From assembly GCA_964016885.1 (NCBI GenBank), contig CAXHJY010001691.1:1-64000 (forward strand): a stretch of DNA of 64,000 nucleotides. Reading direction: 5' to 3'. The number at the start of each line of letters is the position of its first letter. The stretch's first letter is position 1. The notes under the pieces were generated by a model. The model saw nothing but the letters and a program-made list of their open reading frames with translations. It did not search any database and was not told the DNA's origin. Below, piece by piece: positions 63,522 to 64,000 of the stretch. This DNA is from Eledone cirrhosa. Its lineage: Eukaryota. Made by a program: the position numbers and the translations under genes.

Positions 63522-63550
63522 ACTAGCAGAATGGCCGGGCATTGCTCGGG
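63522..63550 (-). mobile_element. Helitron-like 3' terminus
   Basis: Minus strand reads CCGAGC-AAT-GCCCGG hairpin, 8 nt, then CTAG|T. Confidence 0.55.
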
Positions 63551-63805
63551 ATTTGCTCTAGGGTTCTTATATATTTGATATATATTTATCCTTATCGAGC
63601 CTCGTGAAATAAATACGTTTGTTTATATTTTGTTATTGTGTATGCAATATCACGAATATATAATTATATATATATATTAAAATAACAGATTAAAGTTTAA
63701 GCAAAGAATCGCTGCTTTCACCCTTAATGGGATCTTCTGAAACTAAAAAAATCAATCTGTGAACGCAGAAGTAAATATTTTGAAAAACGTTACACACTAT
63801 ATATA

Positions 63806-63855
63806 TCATCATCAACATCGTTTAACGTCCATTTTCCACGCTAGCTGGGTCTGGA
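63806..63855 (-). mobile_element. Very short RTE 3'-terminal fragment (stem-loop + tail)
   Basis: CATCATCAACATCGTTTAACGTCCATTTTCCACGCTAGC.GGGT matches 9874-9930. Lies within TA repeats. Confidence 0.75.
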
Positions 63856-63883
63856 TATATATATATATATATACACACACACT

Positions 63884-63914
<31 letters not shown>

Positions 63915-64000
63915 CACAGTGTCATAATGTTGTAATGCAGACAGCCAGACATACAGACAGATATTATAACGGCACAATATTATATCTATGTATCTATCTA

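Overview
This is eukaryotic, AT-rich, repeat-dense DNA. The (TA)n/(TG)n microsatellites, tRNA-derived SINEs and RTE-clade LINEs with (TGA)n tails suggest a coleoid cephalopod, probably Octopus (inference). Two plus-strand exons (5357-5428 and 15000-15154) encode an N-terminal part of a focadhesin (FOCAD)-like protein, so most of the window is probably FOCAD intron. The dominant structure is a 43-kb tandem array of a ~411-bp monomer (104 full units plus one modified terminal unit, counted by eye; 16214-59214). It runs without a break into the 5' leader of an intact single-ORF RTE LINE (ORF 59458-62577: APE endonuclease, RT and an embedded C4HC3 PHD-type finger; (TGA)n tail to ~62885). The array and LINE together (~46.7 kb) interrupt a single SINE at a GATC, and the two SINE halves lie at 16094-16214 and 62883-62955. 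The satellite therefore appears to be the LINE's own 5' monomer, amplified in place, and it already shows higher-order repeats. Also present: a CORE-type SINE sharing the LINE's 3' UTR and terminal stem-loop, a twin-primed (5'-inverted) RTE insertion with an 11-bp TSD, a MITE-like element, several decayed LINE/SINE copies and a Helitron-like 3' end. All assignments were made by eye, without database searches.
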